Of a stretch of 64,000 nt of DNA, positions 51,580 to 60,876 are shown piece by piece. Below the pieces are notes generated by a model. It was not told the DNA's origin. It was given only the letters and a program-made list of their open reading frames with translations, and ran no database searches. The DNA is taken from positions 96,001 through 160,000 of the forward strand of contig CAWGYA010000005.1 of assembly GCA_963826715.1 (NCBI GenBank), written 5' to 3'. Source of the stretch: Candidatus Bathyarchaeota archaeon. GTDB lineage: Archaea; Thermoproteota; Bathyarchaeia; Bathyarchaeales; Bathycorpusculaceae. The position numbers were made by a program, and so were the translations under genes. Each line of letters starts with the position of its first letter. The stretch's first letter is position 1.

Positions 51580-52686
51580 TCAAGATCCATGCAAAATCCA
51601 TTTCTTTTTTCTAAAATAAAATAACATTCCAATTGTGATTATAACCATGGAAAGTAAAACAAGTGGATATCCCCAGATAGAATTGAGCTCAGGCATGTAA
51701 GCAAAGTTCATCCCATAAATTCCAGCAATTAATGTCAGCGGTATGAAAATAGTTGCGATTATAGTAAGTACTTTCATTACCTCATTCATTCTGTTGCTGA
51801 CACTGGAAAGATAAATGTCTAACATTCCCGCGAGGGTATCACGAAAAGTTTCCACCGAATCGATTACTTGAATTGTATGGTCATATACATCTCTCAGATA
51901 GATGTCGGTGGTTTCTTTTATTAGCCCAGATTCACATCTTTCTAAATTATTAACGAGCTCTCTTAAAGGCCAAACAGATTTCCTTAGCGCAATACTTTGC
52001 CTTTTTAAGTTGTGAATAGTCTGCACCGTTGCAGGTTGTGGATTTGCAATTAATTGGTCCTCTATGTCTTCAATTTTAGCTCCCATTTTCTCGAGAACAG
52101 TAAAATAGTTATCCACGACAGCATCAATTAAAGTATAAACTAAATAGTCCGCGCCCATCTTTCTGATTTTTCCCTTATCGTTTCTTAGTCTGTCTCTAAT
52201 GGGGTTAAAAACATCGCCTTCATTTTCCTGAAACGATATAACTAAGTTTGAACCCAAAACTACGCTGAGTTGTTCAGATGTTATTTCATTTTCCTTTTGG
52301 TCATATTGCAGCATCCTCAATACGATGTAAATATAATTCTCAAAGTCTTCGATTTTTGGACGTTGCTCAGTATTAGCAATATCTTCTAGAGTGAGAGGGT
52401 GAAGATTGTAATGTTTTCCGATTTTTTCAATATTTTCAACTTTCTGTAGACCGTCAATATTTATCCAAGTAATTCCCGGTTTACTGCTAAAGTTAAATGC
52501 CTCTTCAATTTTTTTTGCTTCTTTTTCTTCAAAAGATGATTCGGTATAATTAGTTATTCTGATCCGTGTTTTTTCGTTTTTCTGTTTGCCAACATAGACA
52601 ATGGTCCCCGGGGGGAGTCCAGCTTTCTTTGCGCTACCTTTATGCAAATGAAGATTCATAAATTCATTAATCAAGGTAAGAATCAT
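51580..52686 (-). CDS. corA: Magnesium/cobalt transporter CorA
   Basis: GLPPGT, LHPLTLEDI, QRPK, YLRDVYDH, GIYGMNF, MPEL. Confidence 0.96.
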   Translation of the reverse strand: MILTLINEFMNLHLHKGSAKKAGLPPGTIVYVGKQKNEKTRIRITNYTESSFEEKEAKKIEEAFNFSSKPGITWINIDGLQKVENIEKIGKHYNLHPLTLEDIANTEQRPKIEDFENYIYIVLRMLQYDQKENEITSEQLSVVLGSNLVISFQENEGDVFNPIRDRLRNDKGKIRKMGADYLVYTLIDAVVDNYFTVLEKMGAKIEDIEDQLIANPQPATVQTIHNLKRQSIALRKSVWPLRELVNNLERCESGLIKETTDIYLRDVYDHTIQVIDSVETFRDTLAGMLDIYLSSVSNRMNEVMKVLTIIATIFIPLTLIAGIYGMNFAYMPELNSIWGYPLVLLSMVIITIGMLFYFRKKKWILHGS

Positions 52687-52986
52687 ATAAGTTTTTTATA
52701 AAGACTGATTCTTCCTAACTTCTTGTTTTATTTAACTATTAAGAATGAACGAATCGAAATTTGCTTTGAAAGCAAATCTGAATAGAAACAAAACGAAGTT
52801 TTCAGAAAACGCAAATTGTAGCTCCAAAGCTGGAGATGTATGACAAAGAACTGGTGGATGGGCTTTTGAGTTGAAGTACGATTCCTGACCCCGGTTAGAC
52901 TTCACGGGAGTGGCTTGCATACATATTATCGATCCTCCAGTAGCTGACTGGCTTATAAAAACGAGCTTCGTCCTCCAATAGGGGTT

Positions 52987-53021
52987 GGATTCGAACCCTC
53001 TGTGAATGGAGAAATCACCCG
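52987..53021 (-). repeat. Degenerate tRNA T-arm-like / att-like remnant, copy A
   Basis: GGATTCGAACCCTCTGTGAATGGAGAAATCACCCG (minus strand GGGTTCGAATCC). Similar to 55541-55576. Confidence 0.5.
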
Positions 53022-53262
53022 AAGACTTAACTTATTAATTAGTTTTTTGAATAATATGATATACGCATTATAAAATGAGACGCTTTGCAATAAATATCTT
53101 CTGTAAAAATTTTGATTAGTGAATAGGCTTACTTTCAGCGGTGCATCTTAGGAATGAAAGAAAAGATTGGAATCCAGGAACTCAAAATTTCTACCTCTGC
53201 GCGCGCGGTAAAAAGGGTTAAATGATAACAAAAGAATTAGTAGAATAGATAAAGAGGAGATT

Positions 53263-53727
53263 TTGATGGCATTAGAAGAGAATAAAGCAATTATTCTTAG
53301 ATTACTTGAGGCTGTTAACAAACAAGACTTATCGCTATTGGATGATTTACTAGCGCCTAATTATGGGAACAAGACAATAGGGTTGAAAGGTCGAGAAGAT
53401 CTCAAAAAATTATTGCGTGTGCAATATGAAGGTTTTCCAGATATTCATCGAACTATTGAGGATATCATCGCAGAAGGAGATCAAGTATGGGTTCATGTAA
53501 AAATCACAGGAACACATACCGGAAATTATCGGGGTTTAGCTCCTACTGGCAAAAAGATTGTTATAGCAGCTGTTCCCACTTATCGTGTTATTGATGGCAA
53601 GATTGTAGAGGGATGGTCAGTTTGGGATGCTTTAGATATGTTCAAAGTACTGGGTGTTATTGAGTACAAAGGATTTCCAGATGATTCGCAAGAAAACTTG
53701 GCGAGTAATTTATCATCGGAGAAGTAA
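53263..53727 (+). CDS. SnoaL-like ester cyclase family protein
   Basis: EENKAII, GFPDIHRTIEDIIAEGDQV, GTHTG, PTGK, DGKIVE. Confidence 0.9.
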   Translation: MMALEENKAIILRLLEAVNKQDLSLLDDLLAPNYGNKTIGLKGREDLKKLLRVQYEGFPDIHRTIEDIIAEGDQVWVHVKITGTHTGNYRGLAPTGKKIVIAAVPTYRVIDGKIVEGWSVWDALDMFKVLGVIEYKGFPDDSQENLASNLSSEK

Positions 53728-53926
53728 CTTTTCTTTTAAGAGATTACCAACAATTCTTTCCCTTTTATTTTATTCTGGAGCCTTTTCTTGTATATCGAAT
53801 TTTACTTGAGTTGTTGGTTACCCATTAAGCAGATCCATGGTTCTTTGACGCCTTTGATTACGCACGCTAATTTATTAGGAAAACTGTGTGCGGACTTTAT
53901 AAGTGAGAGTAAGCAGAGAAAATAAA

Positions 53927-54349
53927 TTAATGCTTTGCTGGCTTGCCAAACTCTGGTAATGCGCCGATTTGTTGCATCCAGCTCAAACGGTCGGGAGAAT
54001 TCCACCACTCAGCAATCTTACCATTGATAATCTTCGCAAATCCGATAATAGGCACGATTATTCGCTTATCAGTCGCTGGTACGCCCATAAACTCTGCTGT
54101 GTGAACCGTTCGGACAACACCTCGAAAAGCGACCCTGTCCCCCTCTGCAATCAAATCTTCAATTATTGTTTCGGTATCTGAAAAACTGGCGTAATAATTT
54201 GTTTGGTACCGTTCAAAAGCCTATAGATCAAGAGTTGATGTTCCATCGATATGAGCCATAAAATCCTTCGTGCACATCTCAACAGGTGTTCTTCTATCAC
54301 GGTTGGCTTTCTCAAAAAAATTTCTTACGAGAATCTTGTTTTCTTCCAT
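53927..54349 (-). pseudogene. Second SnoaL-like ester cyclase with an in-frame TAG at codon 43
   Basis: Manual translation MEENKILVRNFFEKAN...STLDL*AFERYQTNYYASFSDTETIIEDLIAEGDRV...; TAG at 54221-54223, frame otherwise intact. Confidence 0.8.
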
Positions 54350-55016
54350 CAAAGCATAACCATCCTCTAATGTTATAAACTGATATATCACCAACGCTTT
54401 TATTAAAATATCAAGTTTGCTCGCTTTCTATTGTGCGCGCACTTTTAATAATATGTGATAACTCAAGTAAAAACTTGAGAGATCACCTGCAACCCCTTTT
54501 TTTATTGTTTGTTAATGTCAATAATTTGCATATTTTAAGTGTGCCTGGCGCATTCGTTAGGAAAAAGTTCTAAACACCATTACTTGAAGGTTATCTGTGT
54601 CTTGTTTTGAGATTACCGTCGGGTTGGCAGTGTCCTGACATTAAATTCAGAGAAAAGGACTATTTAACCTGATTAGTTATTTTTTGGTGGCCTCTCCATT
54701 TGAAACGGGTAAAAATGTATCAATTCTCTTGGTGTTTTGATTTTTCTTTTTAACCTCTTTGGTTCTATAATCAAAGTTTGTTTTGATTTTTAAGTCGTTT
54801 ACTTTTGCTTTTTTTGATGTCATTTCTTTTTTACCTCTAAAGATTTTTTGTTTCGAAGAATTTGATTTCTATCGGGCACGAAAACATTGTTTCCATTAAT
54901 ACCTCATCGGAGGGTAGTGTTTAAGCAATTCTGGTTTCATATTCCTTGAGACTTCTGCTCAAGTAACAGTGACTTAACAGAATCACCCAAAAGATTCTGT
55001 TACCTACGACTCATTG

Positions 55017-55175
55017 TTACAACTCTTCTGCTGGAACAATGAACGTGGGGTATTCTGTTTTTCCATCTTTGTTATTGTGGCCACTAGTGCATTTCATGCC
55101 GTATTTTGTTTTATCTTTGCTTTCCCATATTTTCTCAGTATTTTTTCCACAAATTTCACACTTAAAATCCTTCAC
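55017..55175 (-). CDS. Small zinc-finger protein (CxxC...CxxxH), 52 aa; not in ORF track
   Basis: Manual translation MKDFKCEICGKNTEKIWESKDKTKYGMKCTSGHNNKDGKTEYPTFIVPAEEL, GTG start with GGGGA upstream. Confidence 0.6.
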   Translation of the reverse strand: MKDFKCEICGKNTEKIWESKDKTKYGMKCTSGHNNKDGKTEYPTFIVPAEEL

Positions 55176-55540
55176 GATAAGTCCCCGCTATTTTAATAGG
55201 TTTTATGACAGATTCGCCTTTTTTGAAAGAGAATTAACTAATCTTCCAGTTTAACAGATGCATCTTTAGTTAATATAGCTATTTTCTGGCTCGTCACTTA
55301 ATCTAATTTTTCGCAAAGAGTTTTAGAAAAAATGAAGAAAAGTTGCAATTTAAGGGGGATAATCTAAAATCGAAGTTACTTCTAGACTCTTAGAATTGTT
55401 GAAGCCCGAAGGTTTGGGCTTTTCTTTAATCGGAGATAGTGAAAGAATTAAGCGTAAAGGCTGCCTGTACTGAGAGTACAGTTTACTATGATTTTGAGAC
55501 TTGTGGCAAGTTGGCCGCTGGTAATTGTTTTGAGCCCGCT

Positions 55541-55576
55541 GGATTTGAACCCTATGACGAGTGGAGATGTCTCCCG
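55541..55576 (-). repeat. Degenerate tRNA T-arm-like / att-like remnant, copy B
   Basis: GGATTTGAACCCTATGACGAGTGGAGATGTCTCCCG (minus strand GGGTTCAAATCC). Matches copy A beyond the T-loop. Confidence 0.5.
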
Positions 55577-55599
55577 CGTTCCCCTTTTTTTCGTGAACT

Positions 55600-56667
55600 T
55601 TAGCTTGCGGGAACTCTTAGAGTGCGTGAATGGGCTATTCTATTTCTTATGAAAAACCAAACAAACGCGACAACCACAACGATAACTGCAATTATGATAA
55701 TAAGATAGTCAGGAGGAAAAACAGCAATTTCTTGCCAGCGATATACTCCATCAGCTCCTACAATCCACCCGTCACTTGAGCTAACCATATCCACACATGA
55801 TAACCATGCATTAGTTGGACTGGTTACATCTCTCCAACTGTTTCCGTCCCAATGGATTATGCAACCGTCTGAGCCTACTGCCCATCCGTTGATCGAGTTT
55901 ACCATGTTAACCGAAAACAAGTGTTTGTCGACTGGAATTGGACTTGTTACATTATTCCACTCTGTCCCATCCCATCTTAGTATTATTCCACTGTCGCCAA
56001 CTATCCACCCATCAGTCGAACTTATCATATCAATCGACCATAATGTTCGGGTTCTAACGATCTTAGGGCTTTCAACGATGTTCCAGTCAGTTCCATTCCA
56101 ATGAAATATACCTGAATTATATTTGTTGGAGCCTACCGCCCAAGCGTCTGTTGCACTAATAACACTTATTGATTCTAAGGGGGTGTTAGTTGGGTTTTCT
56201 ATCTGAGTCCAGTTTATTCCATTCCATCTAATTGTTAATCCCCCATACCCCACTGCCCACCCATCAGTCGAACTTATCATATCTATTGACTTGAGATAAC
56301 TTTGGGGGGTTGTTACGTTCTTCCAGCTTGCTCCATCCCATCGGATTACGGATTCATTAATTGGAACCGCTTCAACGAAGGCTACTGAGTAAACTTCATT
56401 TGAGTTGATCACGTTCACTGCTCTTAGGTTGGCGGTAGTTGGACTGCCAATGTTGTTCCATCGTATTCCATCCCAATGGACTACTGTTCCTTTGGATCCT
56501 ACTGCCCACCCATCAGTCGAGCTGACCATGTCGACAGACTGTAAATTGACGTTGTCTGCCATTTTAGTCCAGCTCCAGCTTTCAGCTTTCACAGTCACCA
56601 TAGACGTTGTCATAAGGCTCATTGAAACTAAAAAGAATAGAAGTTTTAGGAGCGCATCTTTTTTCAT
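55600..56667 (-). CDS. Secreted beta-propeller protein (YCF48/BNR-like repeats) with C-terminal TM anchor
   Basis: About 7 repeats of L-x-SxDMxSSTDGWAVG...WDGxxW, signal peptide, C-terminal TM plus basic tail. Confidence 0.85.
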   Translation of the reverse strand: MKKDALLKLLFFLVSMSLMTTSMVTVKAESWSWTKMADNVNLQSVDMVSSTDGWAVGSKGTVVHWDGIRWNNIGSPTTANLRAVNVINSNEVYSVAFVEAVPINESVIRWDGASWKNVTTPQSYLKSIDMISSTDGWAVGYGGLTIRWNGINWTQIENPTNTPLESISVISATDAWAVGSNKYNSGIFHWNGTDWNIVESPKIVRTRTLWSIDMISSTDGWIVGDSGIILRWDGTEWNNVTSPIPVDKHLFSVNMVNSINGWAVGSDGCIIHWDGNSWRDVTSPTNAWLSCVDMVSSSDGWIVGADGVYRWQEIAVFPPDYLIIIIAVIVVVVAFVWFFIRNRIAHSRTLRVPAS

Positions 56668-57347
56668 ATTGACTTCATATCTATTGCGGATATAATAAAC
56701 TATAGATAAAGAACAATTTGGCAAAATTTCTCAAATTTGAATGATTCAATTCAAAATATTTATGGTGAAAGGTGGACTTGAACACCAATTTCTCCACCAA
56801 ATTGTTCAGCAAACACATAATTATAAAAAGTCAATCAAAATGGACTCCATGGAGCATGGTGGAAAGGCATATTACCACTTTCGGGTTTAAAGAAGTGGCT
56901 TGCATAGGGATTAAAAGCTTCTTTCACTGGGTAAAAACATACTTCAATCAGCGGTAAATCAATAAAACCAGTAGCTCTTTATTTAACAGAGAGTAGCCGT
57001 GTCGTCACGCCATTTATTTGCGTAGCGAAGAAGAATTTATCTCTAACTGCTCCGAGTTTGGGTGGTTTTATGCGGGTCTGTTGTACAGTTCTTAAAGTGT
57101 AAAAATTAAGGTCAAAATATGGTTTTCTGAATAAAGGTTTACGTATCGAATTGTTTTTGCGTTCGACAAGTGGGGTTTTGGTATGCTTTTGGTATGTACG
57201 AGGGTTTAATTGGTGGTTTACGTACATTGATGATATAAGAAATGTGTCTAAAAGAGACACATTGTACAAGAGTACAACACAACAGCGGAGAATTTCAACA
57301 TGAAAAATAAACGTAACGTTATTAGTAATTCTTCTGGCAAAAAAAAC

Positions 57348-57458
57348 ATGCCTAAACAACGGATCGAAAAAAAAGAGCTCGTTTTTAAACGATTAGTAAC
57401 CGATGCAGGGTACTCCAAAAAAGTTGCAGACGGCATCTTGAAGTTGTATGATAATTAA
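57348..57458 (+). CDS. Very small hypothetical protein (36 aa)
   Basis: MPKQRIEKKELVFKRLVTDAGYSKKVADGILKLYDN; helical and protein-like but short. Confidence 0.3.
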   Translation: MPKQRIEKKELVFKRLVTDAGYSKKVADGILKLYDN

Positions 57459-57705
57459 AAGGTGAAAGGTACAAAGTTTAGTAACCCTAATTCTAACTGA
57501 TTGGTGTGGTATCCTTAATCAAATAGATTGAAGATACAATAAAAACGATGAGGAAGGTTTCATGATTTGGTTGGACTTCCACCCTTGTACTTTTTCCTCA
57601 GGTAACCTTTGTAAAGAACCCGATGCGCAACCGTTTTTAACTATGGCATTCTTGGCTACTATGAGAATCACACTTTAGCACCATCATTAATCTCTTAATG
57701 TCTTT

Positions 57706-58098
57706 TTACTGTTGATTCAACGTCTTTTGACTCAGGAATAGAGGGGTGGGTACATCCTTCTGTGGGAAAAGGTTGAATTGAAAGAAGATCCAAGTTTGCT
57801 CTTGTTTTTCGTTATTTCTTACCATTTTTATGATGAAGAATAGATTTATTGCTGTAGAAGCAAAAAAGAGAATGAGAGGAAAGTTTATCATTTCCCCAAG
57901 TGCTCCCACTGCAACCCAGTTGCCATTGACAAAAGACCCTGCAAGATTGTACTGAATCAAAAAAGGATTCCAATGAATGTAGTATAAGCTATCAGGATAG
58001 CTATTGAATTCATTTCCTATGCTATAATCTGCATAAACAAAGAGTAAGATTAGAATGATATTTATCAATAAAATAGTTCTAAGCTTTTTTGTTGACAT
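57706..58098 (-). CDS. Membrane hypothetical protein
   Basis: Two TM helices. The C-terminal tail reads through a direct-repeat copy. Confidence 0.65.
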   Translation of the reverse strand: MSTKKLRTILLINIILILLFVYADYSIGNEFNSYPDSLYYIHWNPFLIQYNLAGSFVNGNWVAVGALGEMINFPLILFFASTAINLFFIIKMVRNNEKQEQTWIFFQFNLFPQKDVPTPLFLSQKTLNQQ

Positions 58099-58182
58099 CT
58101 TTTAACAGATTTGTCTAATTCAAACTTGCTTTAAGAAATTTGCGATATTAGAGGGTGGGTACACCTCATCGTTGGAAAAGGT
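57739..58182 (+). repeat. Pair of ~35-bp degenerate direct repeats (57739-57773 and 58149-58182) flanking one gene
   Basis: TAGAGGGGTGGGTACATCCTTCTGTGGGAAAAGGT compared with TAGAGGGTGGGTACACCTCATCGTTGGAAAAGGT. Confidence 0.7.
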
Positions 58183-58214
58183 CAAAGCATAGGTTAATAG
58201 CCTTGAAACAAAAG

Positions 58215-58640
58215 ATGGTTGACGAATCAAGAATGAAAAGAAGCACTCTGATGAAAATATCTGGGATTCTGCTTATTGCTGCTTCTATGACTTCGCTTAT
58301 CTTAGGAATATTACTGCTGAATTCCTATAGGTCATCTTTAGCAACATTATATTATATCTATTATAGTGCCTTAACTGGTGGCATTTTAAATCTTGTTGCC
58401 TTTCCATTTGAATTATTGTCAGGAGCATTATTGCTGAGACAAAAATCTGTTAGGTTAACAGTAATCTTGAATGTTGCCATAATAGTTATTGGGCTTGCCT
58501 CTCCAATAATACTTCATTTTGAAGGGTATTTTTGGGAGACTGGTTTATTGTTTGGTTCACCGATGATTATTTTCTCTATTGCAGCTTTGACTTTTGAAGT
58601 TATAGCCCAAAAAACCGATAACAGCCAAATCAAAAGATAA
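58215..58640 (+). CDS. Four-TM membrane hypothetical protein
   Basis: Four hydrophobic helices. Likely start is ATG 58215 or 58233, not the GTG inside the repeat. Confidence 0.7.
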   Translation: MVDESRMKRSTLMKISGILLIAASMTSLILGILLLNSYRSSLATLYYIYYSALTGGILNLVAFPFELLSGALLLRQKSVRLTVILNVAIIVIGLASPIILHFEGYFWETGLLFGSPMIIFSIAALTFEVIAQKTDNSQIKR

Positions 58641-58814
58641 TACACTCAAAATGTAAAAATGAATAAACGCTTGGAGAAGGAGTTTGGGGAGTGTGTTGTG
58701 GAAAAGCATGGTTGGCATTGGGTGCTAACAAAAGATGAGTTCGAGTCTTGGATCAAAATAGATGATCCCAAAACTTAAATTGAGTTTTACCGCCATAATT
58801 ATTGAGGGAAAAAA

Positions 58815-59129
58815 TTGGTTGTTTGTCCAAAGTGCGGTAGCAACCTTCAAGCACGAAAGCTACTTGGGCTCACTAACCAAAATGCAATCAGATGCCACGT
58901 TTGTTCTTCAAAGCTTCGGGTAAAAAACAAGGCTACTAGTAGTGCTATAGGTGGAACTTTAGGTGGACTAGGTGCTGGTCTAGGAACCTTGCTGTTCATG
59001 CTGTATTTTTGGACGGGTAATATCGTTTACTTTGGGTTAAATTTACTGTGGTTTGTTGGCGTTTTTGTATTTGCTTGGCTGTTAGTTATGAAATTTGTTA
59101 AGGTTAAATTAGATGAAAGCTCAAAATAG
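58815..59129 (+). CDS. CxxC-x~20-CxxC zinc-ribbon membrane protein
   Basis: CPKC...CHVC followed by two TM helices. Confidence 0.75.
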   Translation: MVVCPKCGSNLQARKLLGLTNQNAIRCHVCSSKLRVKNKATSSAIGGTLGGLGAGLGTLLFMLYFWTGNIVYFGLNLLWFVGVFVFAWLLVMKFVKVKLDESSK

Positions 59130-59139
59130 TAGTTGTATC

Positions 59140-59500
59140 GTTTGTTTCTTCATCCCAACCTCTTAACCACTGAAAGTATTTTCTGATAGCGCCTTTGTAA
59201 TCATGCTTGGTATTATCGGCGTAATTTGATATATTGATTTGGCTAATAATTTTCTCCATGCCTTCCTGTCAAAGTTACCTAAAGGCTTGCCTGGCGGTAT
59301 TTAGTACAAATCCTGCAACAACAATCAGCTGATTCATATATTTCACAACCCGTAATGGGGTCATGTTCTTAGCCAAAAGGTGGTCGACAAGCTCATGTGT
59401 CTTTGTTTTGTCCTCTTCGGGTATTTCGGTTGATGTTTGCAGCCGTATAAGGGCTGTTTGAAGGATTTTCTCTACTCTATGTATGTCGATTTTTTTGGGT
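59140..59500 (-). pseudogene. N-terminal fragment of an archaeal tyrosine integrase, frameshifted and truncated
   Basis: Manual translation across frameshifts: IDIHRVEKILQTALIRL...LVDHLLAKNMTPLRVVKYMNQL...GKPLGNFDRK/MEKIISQINISNYADNTKHDYKGAIRKYFQWLRG, resembling the core-binding N-terminus of tRNA-targeting integrases. Starts just downstream of a tRNA 3' end; catalytic domain absent. Confidence 0.7.
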
Positions 59501-59558
59501 TCGTGTTGTTTGTACCTTAAGAGAAATAGAGATTGGTTTGGAAACTAGAATAGAATTA

Positions 59559-59586
59559 TGGAGCTGGGGATGGGAATTGAACCCAT
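59559..59586 (-). other. tRNA 3'-end duplication (att site): T-arm, acceptor 3' strand and CCA
   Basis: Minus strand ATGGG-TTCAATT-CCCAT-CCCCAGC-T-CCA: perfect T-stem, U discriminator, CCA. No anticodon or D arm upstream, so not a full tRNA. Confidence 0.8.
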
Positions 59587-59709
59587 ATCCGTTGTCGATA
59601 TCGCCAATTATGCTTATCCTAAGCAGCTTCTCTCCCTTTTTAACGATATAGGTTTCTTATCAAGACTGATTGTTTCAGGGAAAATTGGGTCGATAGGAGG
59701 TTCTTAAAT

Positions 59710-59964
59710 TTGGAGTTGGTTGACCAGCAGGAGTTTTACCTTAAGGGTATTTATCCTGTCGACGTTCTTTCTGAGGTGAAAGATGGTTTAGTTGAGGTTC
59801 GGGCGAAAACTACTTTTCTGCATACCAGCGCATATTCAGAGGGAAAGCGCCAGGTTCGAGTCGGCGTAACTGAAAAGCGTTGGGTCAGGCGAGGGGAGGT
59901 TTTGAAGGTACCCTTTCGTCATGTTTGGTCGCATCGACGTCGTGTAGCTTCTGGGCATGCTTGA
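59710..59964 (+). CDS. Hypothetical protein (element-borne)
   Basis: Strong RBS AGGAGG before the TTG; overlaps the next gene. Confidence 0.65.
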   Translation: MELVDQQEFYLKGIYPVDVLSEVKDGLVEVRAKTTFLHTSAYSEGKRQVRVGVTEKRWVRRGEVLKVPFRHVWSHRRRVASGHA

Positions 59965-60295
59965 CTATATGTTAACTGTTATATTGGCAACTCTAAAGAA
60001 GGGATTGTTTGATGCTGCAATGCTCAAACTGAACTATGAGGTTCTCGCTTCAAAGATTCATCTCAGTATGCAAGGCCATAGGGACAATAAGGGCAAGTTT
60101 GATTGGGCAAGTGCTGTTCTCGACGCTGGCATTATCAGCGGTATCACTTTTTGTACGGGGTTAGGTACTTTGGCGTCTAGTAGTGCCATTTCTTCTACGA
60201 GCTTTTGTGTGCTTCTCAGTGCAGTTGGGGCTGAGTTTCTGGGGATCTTAGCGACTAAAAGAGGACTCATACAAAAACCCGTTGGGGGCTGTTAA
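59957..60295 (+). CDS. Small membrane protein (holin-like candidate)
   Basis: Two C-terminal hydrophobic helices with a basic tail, in a viral operon. Function is inference. Confidence 0.55.
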   Translation: MLDYMLTVILATLKKGLFDAAMLKLNYEVLASKIHLSMQGHRDNKGKFDWASAVLDAGIISGITFCTGLGTLASSSAISSTSFCVLLSAVGAEFLGILATKRGLIQKPVGGC

Positions 60296-60298
60296 GAA

Positions 60299-60865
60299 TT
60301 GGAAGCTAAGACGGCTTTGCGTGTACCTGACTTCATGAAGCCTATTCTTGAAGACATTAGGCTTTTGCAATCAGACGGAAACAACCCAAACCGGATGACA
60401 AACAAGCAAAAAGAGGAACTATGGAAAAGCCTAAAAGAGTTCGGCTGGACTGACCCCATCCTAACAAACCAAGAGGGCGTTTTCACTGATGGGGAACAAC
60501 GGGTTAGCGTCTGCATTGCCCATGGAGAATTTTATGCGCCAGTATATCGTATGAATGACCTCTCTGAGGTACAGCGACGCCGACTCAGATTGATCGCCAA
60601 CGAATTGAAGGGCAAGCACAACAAAGAACTAGAAGAAGAGGAATGGCAGCGCATTATCGAGTTAGGACAACGCGAAGAGCTACAATGTTTTTTGGATTCG
60701 ATTGGGGAAAAGCTGCCTGAAACATTAAGGGATGAACACGAAAAAGTTTCCATTATCCCTGAAACTTACGAGTTAATTGTGGAATGCAAAGATGAAGCCG
60801 ACCAGAAAACCAAGTTAGAGGAGCTACAGGCTAAAAGTTGGAAGGTTCGAGTTCTAAATCTTTAG
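60299..60865 (+). CDS. ParB/Srx-like N-terminal domain protein (phage type)
   Basis: NNPNRM...LWKSLKEFGWTDPIL...DGEQR, plus a C-terminal 'LIVECKDEADQ...KVRVL' small domain. Confidence 0.8.
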   Translation: MEAKTALRVPDFMKPILEDIRLLQSDGNNPNRMTNKQKEELWKSLKEFGWTDPILTNQEGVFTDGEQRVSVCIAHGEFYAPVYRMNDLSEVQRRRLRLIANELKGKHNKELEEEEWQRIIELGQREELQCFLDSIGEKLPETLRDEHEKVSIIPETYELIVECKDEADQKTKLEELQAKSWKVRVLNL

Positions 60866-60876
60866 GAGGCTTCAAA

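Noticed and set aside
54677-54823. 48-aa Lys-rich minus-strand ORF with an RBS-like AGAGG
   Set aside because: Too short, low complexity and without motifs to call with confidence.
55740-56540. Recurring DNA repeats such as CCCATCAGTCGAACTTATCATATC
   Set aside because: They are the codons of the beta-propeller blade repeats (DMISSTDGW) inside a gene. Spacing and context do not fit a CRISPR array.
59559-59640. Possible complete tRNA gene
   Set aside because: Only the T-arm and acceptor 3' strand are present. The adjacent sequence gives no anticodon or D arm and no matching GCTGGGG 5' strand.
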